From: a candidate division FCPU426 bacterium
Lineage (GTDB): Bacteria; Oederibacteriota; JAAXVQ01; JAUVAV01
DNA length: 64,000 nt
Direction of reading: 5' to 3'
Assembly: GCA_030591525.1 (NCBI GenBank)
Contig: JAUVAV010000009.1
Coordinates: 16,805 to 80,804, forward strand
The notes under the pieces are model-generated. The model saw nothing but the letters and a program-made list of their open reading frames with translations. It was not told the origin of the DNA and did not search any database. Made by a program: the position numbers and the translations under genes. How positions within the stretch are numbered: the stretch's first letter is position 1; the number at the start of each line of letters is the position of its first letter. Positions 48,228-59,628 of this stretch are shown here, in pieces.

Positions 48228-48328
48228 CCGCTTCATCCCCGCCTTTCAAGGCGGGGATGAAGCGGCCATATAAATAATGCCTTTCTACATCTCGGATCAA
48301 ATTCTCCGCCCTTCAGGGCGGAGTAATT
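48228..48328. repeat. Intergenic hairpin repeat pair: R1 (38-bp perfect palindrome CCGCTTCATCCCCGCCTTTCAAGGCGGGGATGAAGCGG) plus an R2-like hairpin
   Basis: Related copies at 49585-49730 and 53872-53952. Confidence 0.7.
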
Positions 48329-48337
48329 TAATCGCAG

Positions 48338-49447
48338 TTACTTTATGCTTTGGTAAACACCTTTGGTTGCTTCGGCTGTCTTTTCCCAAGTGAATCGCTT
48401 AAGCCTGGCAATCCCTTTTGCCACTATTTCCCTTCTTAAATCATCATTATTAATAAGTTGGTTAACTGCACTTTGCATAGAACTTTCATCTTTCGGATTA
48501 AAATATAAAGCCGCATCCCCCGCTACTTCCGGCAATGAACCAACACGAGAAACCAAAACCGGACATTCATTGGCAAAGGCCTCAAGCACCGGCAGACCAA
48601 AGCCTTCGTAAAGCGAAGGAAATATAAAAAACGCCGCCTGGTTATACAATAATGCCAGCATATCGTCATTGACAGAGCATTGTTTAATACGATCAGACAA
48701 CTTTAAAGTTTTAAATAAATGCTCTTCTTCCTTGGTAAAATCACCACCTCCGGCACAAATAACATACAAATCATTTCGACTACTTACAAACTTTGCAAGG
48801 GCTTTGATAAACGATCTAAAATTTTTATACGCATAACGTTCACCTACATATAATATATATTTTTCCGGCAGTCTAATCCTGTTTGCAATGCCTTCTTCGC
48901 TAGTCCGTTCCTGAAACTTATACCCCAGTGGAACAACCGTGACTACCGATTCATCTAAATGGTAAAATCTGATTATATCTTTTTTAGTGGTTTCCGAAAT
49001 CGCAATAATTTTCGCGGCTTTTTCAGCAAGCACTCTTTTTTTTTCGCTGGTTCTGTCTTGCTTTCCGAATAATTCCGGGAATATTTCATGAATCATATCA
49101 TATATCGTTAACACTAAAGGTTTATTCCTGATAGCTTTAAGCACATAGGGATCATAATAGGTCGGATGTAAAATATCATATTTTTGTTTTTTTATACTCA
49201 CCCGACTGATATACTGATTTATTAAATACTGTAATCTTCGTTTACCTTTGAATCTGATATTGCCCAATAATTCACAGTACTTTCCATTAGCACTGTTTTT
49301 CAAGTATTCGTTATGGGTGAATTTTAACGCCAACTCATAATTGATCTCAGCATCTTTTTTAAAACAATTCATCAATTCATAAAAATAACGCGAAATCCCC
49401 CCAAAATATTGGGTGCTGAATATTTGATGATCGTATAATATCTTCAT
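48338..49447 (-). CDS. GT4 glycosyltransferase (start at internal MKILYDHQ)
   Basis: C-term glycos_transf_1-like ILYVGERYAYKN ... EGFGLPVLEA. Confidence 0.7.
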   Translation of the reverse strand: MKILYDHQIFSTQYFGGISRYFYELMNCFKKDAEINYELALKFTHNEYLKNSANGKYCELLGNIRFKGKRRLQYLINQYISRVSIKKQKYDILHPTYYDPYVLKAIRNKPLVLTIYDMIHEIFPELFGKQDRTSEKKRVLAEKAAKIIAISETTKKDIIRFYHLDESVVTVVPLGYKFQERTSEEGIANRIRLPEKYILYVGERYAYKNFRSFIKALAKFVSSRNDLYVICAGGGDFTKEEEHLFKTLKLSDRIKQCSVNDDMLALLYNQAAFFIFPSLYEGFGLPVLEAFANECPVLVSRVGSLPEVAGDAALYFNPKDESSMQSAVNQLINNDDLRREIVAKGIARLKRFTWEKTAEATKGVYQSIK

Positions 49448-49584
49448 GATATTATATTTCCATAATTTTGCAACGTTTGCTGACTTATCTGCTTTTCTAA
49501 ATACTTCATGTTGTTGTTTTTCATGTCCAACCTCATGTGCTTTCTTGCACAACAAATCGTTTTTAGGGCTGGTTAATCTGTTAG

Positions 49585-49730
49585 CCGCTTCATCCCCCCC
49601 GGCTTTCCCTGACAAGACCATCAGGACAGGCAAGCCGGAGACATTTCGCTTAAAAAGCGAAATGCGGGATATACATTTATATAATCTACAGATCATATCC
49701 ATTTCCCCGCTCTTCAGAGCGGGGAAATGG
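49585..49730. repeat. R1 half-site plus R2 hairpin (CTACAGATCATATCCATTTCCCCGCTCTTCAGAGCGGGGAAATGG) repeat copy
   Basis: Matches the 53.9-kb copy in reverse complement. Confidence 0.7.
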
Positions 49731-49861
49731 AATCAAAGCAGGTTTTCCGGACTTTTTGGCAACTCCAACAAATGCCTCCAACCGAATATCTAAATCAGCC
49801 TGATTTGACCCTATCAATACCGTTATTTTCGCCTGCGAGGACAGGTTAAGTCATAGCAGGG

Positions 49862-50785
49862 TTAAATCAACTCTTTTATTTTTACAATTTTTTTCGCATT
49901 TATATCAACCACATCCATATTCGCTATGGTTTTAATTCTGTCCTCTTTTGAAATATAGGTTAAATTTCCTTTTTCATTCCGAGCCTCTCTAATTTTACTT
50001 ATAACATATCCTTCTTTTACCGAAAATTTCCTGAACCCTTGTGATACATCCTTTCGCACAAAGAAGGCATTGCTACCGGAGCTGTTGGATCCGACAAAGT
50101 CATACCCTTTCTCTTCCGCCAACTGGCACAAGGCTTTCAAAGAAGCCCCAAAGTATAAATTCGAAAAATGAGCATGCGTTCTATTAAAGTTTTTATTATA
50201 TGGTACCGTCAGGGCATAATCCGCTCCCAAAATGCTGTTATATTCGCAAACCACAATTCTAGGACTTACAACTTCTATGGATTGCCATATCCAATAGTCA
50301 TTCCCATCCAAATCGATACTCATAATTCCTATGTCACCGCATATTTTATTATCTTCAATAATAGTATTTATGTTTTCCTTGGTTATAAATTCACAAACCG
50401 CATTCAATTCATACCGCCAATAAATGGGATCGTTTTTAATATATTCAACATACCTTTTATCACCATCGATAACTAACCCCGAATAATTATCGTTTATCAG
50501 AAGATATCTGGTATTGGATTCCGTATAATTCTCCACACCAAACTCCACGAATATTTTATTAGGAATAGGTATTCGGCTTATCAAATATTGAATAATGCCG
50601 TCTTCACCGCATTGCGAAAACACTTTAAATTCAGCAGCTTCCAGGGATTCAACCCGACCCATAGATTTTATTCTTTGTATATTCAATGCTCCTAATAAAA
50701 CAGCGTTTGTTGCTTGTTGATTTTCCAGTCTATCCAGCATGCTTTTTCTGTATCGTTGATATATTTGTTTAATCATCTCACGCAT
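49862..50785 (-). CDS. Hypothetical protein of the polysaccharide cassette (possibly FkbM-like methyltransferase, unverified)
   Basis: RBS AAGGAGAG before the internal ATG (MREMIKQ); no confident domain. Confidence 0.4.
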   Translation of the reverse strand: MREMIKQIYQRYRKSMLDRLENQQATNAVLLGALNIQRIKSMGRVESLEAAEFKVFSQCGEDGIIQYLISRIPIPNKIFVEFGVENYTESNTRYLLINDNYSGLVIDGDKRYVEYIKNDPIYWRYELNAVCEFITKENINTIIEDNKICGDIGIMSIDLDGNDYWIWQSIEVVSPRIVVCEYNSILGADYALTVPYNKNFNRTHAHFSNLYFGASLKALCQLAEEKGYDFVGSNSSGSNAFFVRKDVSQGFRKFSVKEGYVISKIREARNEKGNLTYISKEDRIKTIANMDVVDINAKKIVKIKELI

Positions 50786-50815
50786 AACAATCTCTCCTTT
50801 GGTGCACTTGGACAT

Positions 50816-50935
50816 CCCTTTACCCGCTATTTTGCCTTGACTGCTGAATATTTGATGCTCAAATAATATCTTTATAACGTTTTCACGAATGGTTTTTTCT
50901 TTCCCAGACTTTTTTCTTCCCCCTATAAATTCCCG
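50816..50935 (-). pseudogene. Remnant of a GT4 gene 5' end, fused in-frame upstream of the hypothetical gene
   Basis: 50843-50875 is ~85% identical to 49414-49447 (N-terminal codons MKILYDHQIFSTQ of the neighbouring GT4); no start codon; upstream in-frame stop. Confidence 0.5.
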
Positions 50936-51008
50936 TTACAGCATTTTAATAGTTTTTGCGTCCGATCATAATATGCAGCCAGGGACATTAATTTGTCCCT
51001 TTTGGAAT

Positions 51009-52217
51009 TCATGTCCGCTTCAAAGTATACAGCATTTTTTTATAAAATTCCTCAAGTCTCAGACTTAAACGATCCCAAGCTAAGACTTCTTCCGCTACCT
51101 TTCGCGCCACTTTCCCCATTTCCCGGTTTTTAGCTGAATCCAGCAGTAGCACTATCAGGGCCTTCGCGAATTGCCGAGCGTCCTGTTCCACCGCAATTCC
51201 CATGGGATATTCTTTAAACAGATATTTCATTTCACCTACCGCGGATGTTACGATCGGCCGCCCGGCCGCCATATATTCTCCAATTTTATTCGGCCAGCGC
51301 GCCTGATTTCCTTCCGTATCGCGCATCGGAAGCGCACAAACATCTGCGCATGCCAAAATCGAGGATAAATCACTATATTTGAATATATCTGTCTCTATAA
51401 TATTCTTTTCAATCCCCAATTCATATGCTTGTCTGCGCATTTTTTTATTCTTAGGCCCGGCCAGCAACAAAAGACTCTGCACTTCCTTTTTAGCTACTAT
51501 GGCAAAGGCCTCCAGCAGGATATCTAAATCCGCTTGATTTGTTCCCATGAATACTATTACTTTAGCTTGGGGATCAATTTTCCATCGCCGGCGCGCCTTT
51601 TTTTTATCTTCCACGCGTATAATATCTACTGGCGCGCCACCAGGAAGATAAAGTATTTTATCTTGGCTGATTCCAAGTCGCAGGGTTCTCTCCTTGAGTT
51701 TTTGAGAAATAACTGTGACCCCATGACTTTTAATTCTCACATTATCTTCCTGCCGGGAAATCATTTTTTTTACCCAAGGATATCTCCCCCATCTCGGGCC
51801 TAGTCCTCCCCGGCTGTACCAGTCGCACCAATCCGATAGTACCACGGTTTTTTTTCGGGAATTCGTCAGCCTAATGGGTATTCTAATATTGGGAAAGAAT
51901 TCAAATCCATGTATAACATCAAACTTATTTTGGCTGATCAATTTAATCCTTCCCAGTATATCCAGGGGGCCGGTTCCTTGGCCGGGCAGATCATGCAGTA
52001 AATTTGGTCCCTCCCAAATATCCACTCCCTCTTCTTGCAAGCTATGCGAAATCCAACGCGCGTCACAGGAAACAGCTGCCAGGGTTACGTCATGCTTTAG
52101 CTTTACCAGCCCCCGCGCCAGGAATTTCAAGCGCCAATAGGTTCCGTAAAACCGTTTTTGATGACCCAGCAAAAGAATTTTCACCGGCAGCTCTTTTTCT
52201 TCCGCATATTTCTTCAA
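51009..52217 (-). CDS. GT4 glycosyltransferase
   Basis: GT-B fold. Confidence 0.7.
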   Translation of the reverse strand: MKKYAEEKELPVKILLLGHQKRFYGTYWRLKFLARGLVKLKHDVTLAAVSCDARWISHSLQEEGVDIWEGPNLLHDLPGQGTGPLDILGRIKLISQNKFDVIHGFEFFPNIRIPIRLTNSRKKTVVLSDWCDWYSRGGLGPRWGRYPWVKKMISRQEDNVRIKSHGVTVISQKLKERTLRLGISQDKILYLPGGAPVDIIRVEDKKKARRRWKIDPQAKVIVFMGTNQADLDILLEAFAIVAKKEVQSLLLLAGPKNKKMRRQAYELGIEKNIIETDIFKYSDLSSILACADVCALPMRDTEGNQARWPNKIGEYMAAGRPIVTSAVGEMKYLFKEYPMGIAVEQDARQFAKALIVLLLDSAKNREMGKVARKVAEEVLAWDRLSLRLEEFYKKMLYTLKRT

Positions 52218-53668
52218 TCCACTTTCACGGCATCATCTTTTCTGCCGGCTAAGATTTTTTTTATCATCTCCAGGTCTTGTTTATTTATCCCCTTTATGAC
52301 GAGAATAATTAAAGTGTAAATTAAAATCCCCAGTATAATATTTATGAAAATATTGTACTGGGTTCGGGCAAAATAAATTCCCCCTCCCATTATCAGGCAT
52401 GCGATCAAAGGCCGAAATACTTTGGAAAATATTTGGGAGAGATGCGCAATATTTCTTATGCCATATGCAAAATATAGAGCTAAGATTATAGCCGAGACCA
52501 CGCTGGCGCATGCGGCGCCCGCTAATCCCCAGAGTGGAATCCACCACGCATTTAAGCAAATATTTATAAGCGCCGTAACGGCCACCATTATCATACGGCC
52601 TTGCTGTTTCCCTGAGGCCGTCAAGGCAGTACCAAATAAAAATGCCGCATATCTAAAGGGCATCATAATCGCCAATATTTTCAAAACCCGTCCGGCTGCA
52701 GCATATTCAGCTCCGAACAGGTACAATATAATACTATCACTTAAAAACCATGTTCCCACTGCCAATGGCAAACTCAACATGAAAAGGTAACCCGAACTTT
52801 TCGATAGTATTTTAGATACCGTTGCTGGCGCATCCCCATACATCCGACTCAAAGTAGGAAAAAGCGCGCTGACAAACAGCAAAGGCGCTGCCTCGGTAAA
52901 TTGGATCAATTTCATGGCGGACTGGTACAATCCGACCGAATGTTCACCATGATAAAATGAAAGCATTATTATATCCGTGTGAAAATAAATTACATCACTT
53001 AAAAAATACAGACCAAACGGTAAAGTCTTGATGAGGAATGTTTTTATCTCTCTCCCTTCGATCTTAACCAGACGTAGATGAAATTTGCGCCTGAGTAAAT
53101 GCCAGGCAAAAAAAATCCCAAAAATACCCGCACTCATATGGCCTAACAGCAGAACTGGCGCGGAACGAATACCGATTATCAATAGCATCCCTATAAAGCA
53201 AAAAACCAGGCTCATATGCAGCACCATATTAAGTGAGATATATTCCATCCGCTCCTGCCCGCCAAATATTGCATTAGCGTATTCAATATATCCGAGCAGC
53301 AGGTAGGCAAAAGCGGCGACCCAAATGGCTTTTTGCATCTGTGCCGGATAGCAATATCCCACGCCTATCACTAAGCAAGTCATGCCGATTATTGATATCA
53401 CTATCTTTAAAACCAACCCCTGGGTAAAAATTCTCGAAGACTTCTCGGGGTTTTTTGCCACTTCATAAGCAGCCCTAAAGCTGATCCCAAAATCATTGAC
53501 AACACGGAAAATCCCGCCGATGGTAACCGCCAAAGCATATACTCCAAAGGCTTTTACGCCTAACGCGCGAGCAATCCATACGGTGAGCGCCATAAGCATA
53601 AAACCACGTAATATCCTATCCAAAAAAAGATAGAATGTGTTTCTAGCCACCAGCCTTGATTTGCTCAT
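52214..53668 (-). CDS. Wzx-type flippase (MOP superfamily), second copy
   Basis: About 12-14 TM segments; polysaccharide-biosynthesis-protein N-term pattern. Confidence 0.7.
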   Translation of the reverse strand: MSKSRLVARNTFYLFLDRILRGFMLMALTVWIARALGVKAFGVYALAVTIGGIFRVVNDFGISFRAAYEVAKNPEKSSRIFTQGLVLKIVISIIGMTCLVIGVGYCYPAQMQKAIWVAAFAYLLLGYIEYANAIFGGQERMEYISLNMVLHMSLVFCFIGMLLIIGIRSAPVLLLGHMSAGIFGIFFAWHLLRRKFHLRLVKIEGREIKTFLIKTLPFGLYFLSDVIYFHTDIIMLSFYHGEHSVGLYQSAMKLIQFTEAAPLLFVSALFPTLSRMYGDAPATVSKILSKSSGYLFMLSLPLAVGTWFLSDSIILYLFGAEYAAAGRVLKILAIMMPFRYAAFLFGTALTASGKQQGRMIMVAVTALINICLNAWWIPLWGLAGAACASVVSAIILALYFAYGIRNIAHLSQIFSKVFRPLIACLIMGGGIYFARTQYNIFINIILGILIYTLIILVIKGINKQDLEMIKKILAGRKDDAVKVD

Positions 53669-53871
53669 TTTCCCTTCCCAATAATCTCTCTTTAGTATGC
53701 ATCACCCTGCAGTCCTGCATAAAATCATTCAGTACCGGCAAGCTGCAAGTGATAAAACAGTCCTGATTTCCCCTATATCATACCCTGCATTCATATCATC
53801 TTCGCTAAATACTTCGCAGTTTAAATTTATACAGGACAGACAATCCGGGGTGCCTTTAGCAAAAGAGTATT

Positions 53872-53952
53872 CAATTTCCCCGCTCTGAAGAGCGGGGAAT
53901 TGGATATGATCTGTAGAAAACCATTATTACTATCCCGCTTCATCCCCGGCTT
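53872..53952. repeat. Reverse-complement R2 hairpin plus R1 half-site repeat copy
   Basis: caatttccccgctctgaagagcggggaattggatatgatctgtag ... cccgcttcatcccc. Confidence 0.7.
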
Positions 53953-54065
53953 AAACATGCATATCAATAATAATCTTCATCTCATGTCACAAAGTCAAGC
54001 CGGGGAATTCGCGGTTAACATATTAAATTTGTTCTGATGATAAACCAAATTGAGGGATGTGTTGA

Positions 54066-55427
54066 TTAGGCCTCCCGGGAGTTTAGAGCGTCCGTGCTTT
54101 CTCTACGATAAAGCAGCGTTGCGAACAATCCTAAAAAAATAAACATAATTAGCGGAGTACGGGTATTTGCAAACAAATAAGTTCCCCAGATAAAAGAACC
54201 CAGCATCCCAAAAATAATCGAAAAAATACCAATGACAAGGGCTCTATGCCTAAGATCAGTTATTCGTGAAATCCTTGACAATCCATAAGCAATAAAAGCA
54301 ATCCATATTAGGAGAAATGTCAAAAGCCCGAAGATTCCCATTTTAAGCCAAATATGCAAATAAATATTATGCACAATATTAGGGATGATATTTTCTGCGC
54401 CAACCCCATGCTTGGATTTCATTCGGATGAATCCATTTCCAAAGCCCACTCCCATCCAGGGATGCTGCTTTATCGTTAAAAACGCATCATAAATATCATA
54501 GAGGTGAAAAGGATTGGTATCAATCCTGGTATTGGTAAATGACCCGATACGTTTGATTACCGGTTGTACGCTTTTTCCGCCAACTCCCGATAAAAGTCCT
54601 ATGCTTATAGTAAATATCATTACTATGGTCACAAATATAAAACGCATTTTTTGTTTTAGATTCAAGCACATAAACATGGCAAATATTGCCACTCCCATGA
54701 ATAACCACACATTGCGCCGCATGGAAATTATTACGCTATATGCCATGGGCAGACAGGCAACACCCCTCAGCTTAGTTGCAGCCTTAATTGGCCGCACCAT
54801 CAGGAATTCTGCTATGCTTATCACAATCAGCGCGGCAAAAAGCATGTTTTCTCCTGAATCCCAGAAGATAATAGGTGTTTGCAAAGTCGCATGAATCTGT
54901 CCCTGCCCCAACCAATAATTCCCAACCCCTATACAAGCCCGCAGGGTCGCTAAAATAATAATCCAATTCAATAATCTTTTAACTTTTTCCGTAGAATCTA
55001 TAATATTAGGAACTAATATTAGCAATAACAGGGTTAGAAATAGTGCCCGCCATTCCCCATAACCAAAAGCCGCCCGAGGAGATGCACCCCGCAAAAAACC
55101 GTGAAAAGCAGCTAGTATCATTAGTAAAAGAAAAATGAAGACAATTCCGCTATATGGCGGTATCCAAATTTTATTTCTGCTTAATATTTTACGGTTTATT
55201 AGTACGGTAATTAGCAATGAATAGATCAAGACTTCCATGATGTGAATATTTATAAAATCTATATTATAAAAGGTCCAGGCTTCGTGAAGACCGGGATGCC
55301 ATCCTTCCCCAAAAAAAATGGCTATTCCCGCTATCACGGCCAAGCCCCATTCTGATTTGGTAATAAAAACCGGAAGTAAAATCAAGGGAAGAGCAAAAAA
55401 TATTATAGTATCCAAACTACCCCCCAA
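54066..55427 (-). CDS. Wzy-like O-antigen/EPS polymerase
   Basis: About 10-12 TM segments with a large periplasmic loop. Confidence 0.55.
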   Translation of the reverse strand: MGGSLDTIIFFALPLILLPVFITKSEWGLAVIAGIAIFFGEGWHPGLHEAWTFYNIDFINIHIMEVLIYSLLITVLINRKILSRNKIWIPPYSGIVFIFLLLMILAAFHGFLRGASPRAAFGYGEWRALFLTLLLLILVPNIIDSTEKVKRLLNWIIILATLRACIGVGNYWLGQGQIHATLQTPIIFWDSGENMLFAALIVISIAEFLMVRPIKAATKLRGVACLPMAYSVIISMRRNVWLFMGVAIFAMFMCLNLKQKMRFIFVTIVMIFTISIGLLSGVGGKSVQPVIKRIGSFTNTRIDTNPFHLYDIYDAFLTIKQHPWMGVGFGNGFIRMKSKHGVGAENIIPNIVHNIYLHIWLKMGIFGLLTFLLIWIAFIAYGLSRISRITDLRHRALVIGIFSIIFGMLGSFIWGTYLFANTRTPLIMFIFLGLFATLLYRRESTDALNSREA

Positions 55428-55479
55428 TACTCAGATATATTGGGCTTGAGATATTACTTTTGGAATACCTTGACTAAGC

Positions 55480-57221
<1,742 letters not shown>

Positions 57222-57316
57222 TCAACCCTCCTCCTTTTTTGCCTTAAATTTCTGTTATCAACAACTAAGAATTAGATTCCAAATTGCGTGTATTATTACA
57301 AATTTTTTAATAAAAG

Positions 57317-58288
57317 TCAAATTTTCGTATGTTTTGCAGTAATTATCTTCTTTCTCCAGTAAGTTAATGTATCTCGAAGGGTCTGTTCCAGGTGTATGCT
57401 TGGCTGCCAGCCGGTTTGACGCCGGAACTTGGAGTAATCGCCATAAAAAGCGGAATTCTCGCCCTTTCTTACTCGGCCGGGCATACGATGGACCTTAATT
57501 TCTTTGTTGGACTGTGCCAGCAGCCCGTTTAATAAGCTTTTAACCGTGATGGCTTGACCCGAACCCAGATTATAAACCTCCCCGGGCCGGCCTTTTTGCA
57601 AGGCCAGCCAATAACCTCTGACGATATCGCGTACATCCGTAAAATCACGGCTGACTTCCAGATGACCGACCTGGATAACCGGCGCTTGCCGGCCGATTTC
57701 AATCTCGGCAATCTGGCGGGCAAAGTCCGCACAAACAAAGGCCGGGGACTGGCGGGGCCCGATATGATTAAATGGCCGGACGCGAATTACGTGAAGTTTA
57801 TAGGTTTTATGGTAATACTCTCCCATGAGATCCTGGCAAACTTTTGAAATTCCATAGGGATTCCCGGGGTTTAGCGGCTGGGATTCCTTTAGGGGCAAGT
57901 CCCGGGGCCTGACCCGGCCGTACTCATTGGCCGAGCCTACTACTAAGATCCGTGGTGAATAGCCGCGAAATCTGCAGGCTTCCAAAATATTCAGGTTGCC
58001 TAGAATATTGACGGACAAGGTCTGTTCCGCTATCTCCGAACTGGCAAATACATTGCTTTGGCCGGCCAGATGAAAAATTCTTTCCGGACTTAGGCGCCGG
58101 ATCAGGCGACTGGTCCTGGAAGCATTACGAATATCCAGCGGGTGGGTTTTAATCCCGCGCAAACCGGCCAGGTTGGTTCTGGCAGCGCCCGGAAATATGG
58201 TTCCATGAACTTCCGCTCCCCTGGCCAGGGCATACTCCGCCAGATGGCTGCCGACAAATCCTTCCGTACCCGTAATTAAAATTCGCAT
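57317..58288 (-). CDS. NAD-dependent GDP-sugar epimerase/reductase, probably GDP-6-deoxy-D-mannose reductase (Rmd-like)
   Basis: SDR fold ITGTEGFVGSHL, YxxxK; Gmd/Rmd subfamily features. Confidence 0.55.
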   Translation of the reverse strand: MRILITGTEGFVGSHLAEYALARGAEVHGTIFPGAARTNLAGLRGIKTHPLDIRNASRTSRLIRRLSPERIFHLAGQSNVFASSEIAEQTLSVNILGNLNILEACRFRGYSPRILVVGSANEYGRVRPRDLPLKESQPLNPGNPYGISKVCQDLMGEYYHKTYKLHVIRVRPFNHIGPRQSPAFVCADFARQIAEIEIGRQAPVIQVGHLEVSRDFTDVRDIVRGYWLALQKGRPGEVYNLGSGQAITVKSLLNGLLAQSNKEIKVHRMPGRVRKGENSAFYGDYSKFRRQTGWQPSIHLEQTLRDTLTYWRKKIITAKHTKI

Positions 58289-58343
58289 GAATGCCTCATA
58301 GTGTTTTTTATCCCTCTAAATCTGTGGTATTTCAACCACGGGC

Positions 58344-58371
58344 CGTAGGGGCGACGCATGCGTCGCCCCTA
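58344..58371. repeat. GTAGGGGC...GCCCCTAC hairpin (member 2)
   Basis: gtaggggcgacgcatgcgtcgcccctac. Confidence 0.85.
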
Positions 58372-58410
58372 CAAAATCCGGTCTAGTAAACAGCTAATAT
58401 ATTTCCCTAT

Positions 58411-59448
58411 TTAACCTGAATCATCTGCCGGTATGGCCGGTACTTTGGCCGGCATATCTTCTTCCGGATTTTCCGGATGCTGGTAAGCCTTGCTCATGGA
58501 AACATTCAACTGGATACTGAAAATCCACCCCAGCGCCAGGGTTAGCATATATTGGAGCATGTGAAATGTAAAACCTACGCCCAGGGCGGTTTCTTTTTCC
58601 ACCCCGTATGGCGTCAAGGCCAGGATTACCATGAATTCAAATACGCCCAAGCCTCCGGGTGAAGAAGGAATCATGAGACCAAAATTCAGCACTACGATCA
58701 AAAATATCGCGGCCCAAAATGGAAGCTCTAATCCCAGAGCTTTAAAACATATATAGGCAACACTTATCCAGCAAAACCAGGTCAGGAGCGCCAGAATTAC
58801 TATTCTGGTAAATTGCCCCGGCTTTTCAATAAGTTTTAATCCTTCCAGAAACTTGCCCAGTTGAATATGCAGCCACTCCCCCATCTGGCCGGGAAGCTTT
58901 TGCAATGGCTTCTCCAGCATCTCAATTAAATGGCCGCCATAGCGGTAGTTTAATATCACTACCAGGGCAAAGATTATTCCTACCCCGGCCAGAATTAGTC
59001 CCGATAATTTTAACCAACCTTCAAAGGGAATGATAAACATCATCAATGAAAAATAAAAGAGCAGGGCGAATAAATCCATGCCCCGCTCAATAACCACAGT
59101 TGCGAAGGCCTGGCTGGCCGGGAGTTTTTCCCGTTTCCCCAGCAGCCAAACCCGAATGATTTCCCCCAGTTTGAGGGGCAGAATATTATTCGCAAAATAG
59201 CCGATGGTTATAATACGAAAGAGGTTCCATTGACTGGTCGAATATTTCCGAAGTAGCTGCTGCCAGAGGAGGGTGCGTAAATAATAGATCAGTAAGATCA
59301 ATATCCCACCGGCGATTAGCCAGCCTATTTTTATTTGTGAAAAAGTGTGCAACAACTTTTTGAAATCAATATTATACAGCGCCAGCCCAATAAATAACAG
59401 GCTGATCAGGATGCCAATGGTTATTTTAACGCCTTTTTTTTTGATCAT
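58411..59448 (-). CDS. Flippase-like / lysylphosphatidylglycerol-synthase-TM-domain family membrane protein (UPF0104)
   Basis: Eight TM segments; N-term pattern GVKITIGILISLLFIGLALYNIDFKKL typical of this family. Confidence 0.5.
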   Translation of the reverse strand: MIKKKGVKITIGILISLLFIGLALYNIDFKKLLHTFSQIKIGWLIAGGILILLIYYLRTLLWQQLLRKYSTSQWNLFRIITIGYFANNILPLKLGEIIRVWLLGKREKLPASQAFATVVIERGMDLFALLFYFSLMMFIIPFEGWLKLSGLILAGVGIIFALVVILNYRYGGHLIEMLEKPLQKLPGQMGEWLHIQLGKFLEGLKLIEKPGQFTRIVILALLTWFCWISVAYICFKALGLELPFWAAIFLIVVLNFGLMIPSSPGGLGVFEFMVILALTPYGVEKETALGVGFTFHMLQYMLTLALGWIFSIQLNVSMSKAYQHPENPEEDMPAKVPAIPADDSG

Positions 59449-59548
59449 TGAATATCCTTATCGTACTCGGTAATAAGTTTTATTATTTTCTTATCTCCCT
59501 GGTCTACCTGCTCCCAAAGAGGAACATATTTTTACCGTATACTGATAA

Positions 59549-59576
59549 GTAGGGGCACGGCGCGCCGTGCCCCTAC
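59549..59576. repeat. GTAGGGGC...GCCCCTAC hairpin (member 3)
   Basis: gtaggggcacggcgcgccgtgcccctac. Confidence 0.85.
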
Positions 59577-59628
59577 TCCAAAGCGGAACTTTAATGTAAG
59601 CTCCTATCAATTTACGCGTATTTCCGAT

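Noticed and set aside
50975-51004. Hairpin GGGACA-ttaatt-TGTCCC followed by TTTT on the plus strand, next to the stop of the GT4 gene 51009-52217
   Set aside because: The T-run lies on the plus strand whereas all flanking genes are transcribed on the minus strand, so it would terminate only antisense transcription. Too weak to call.
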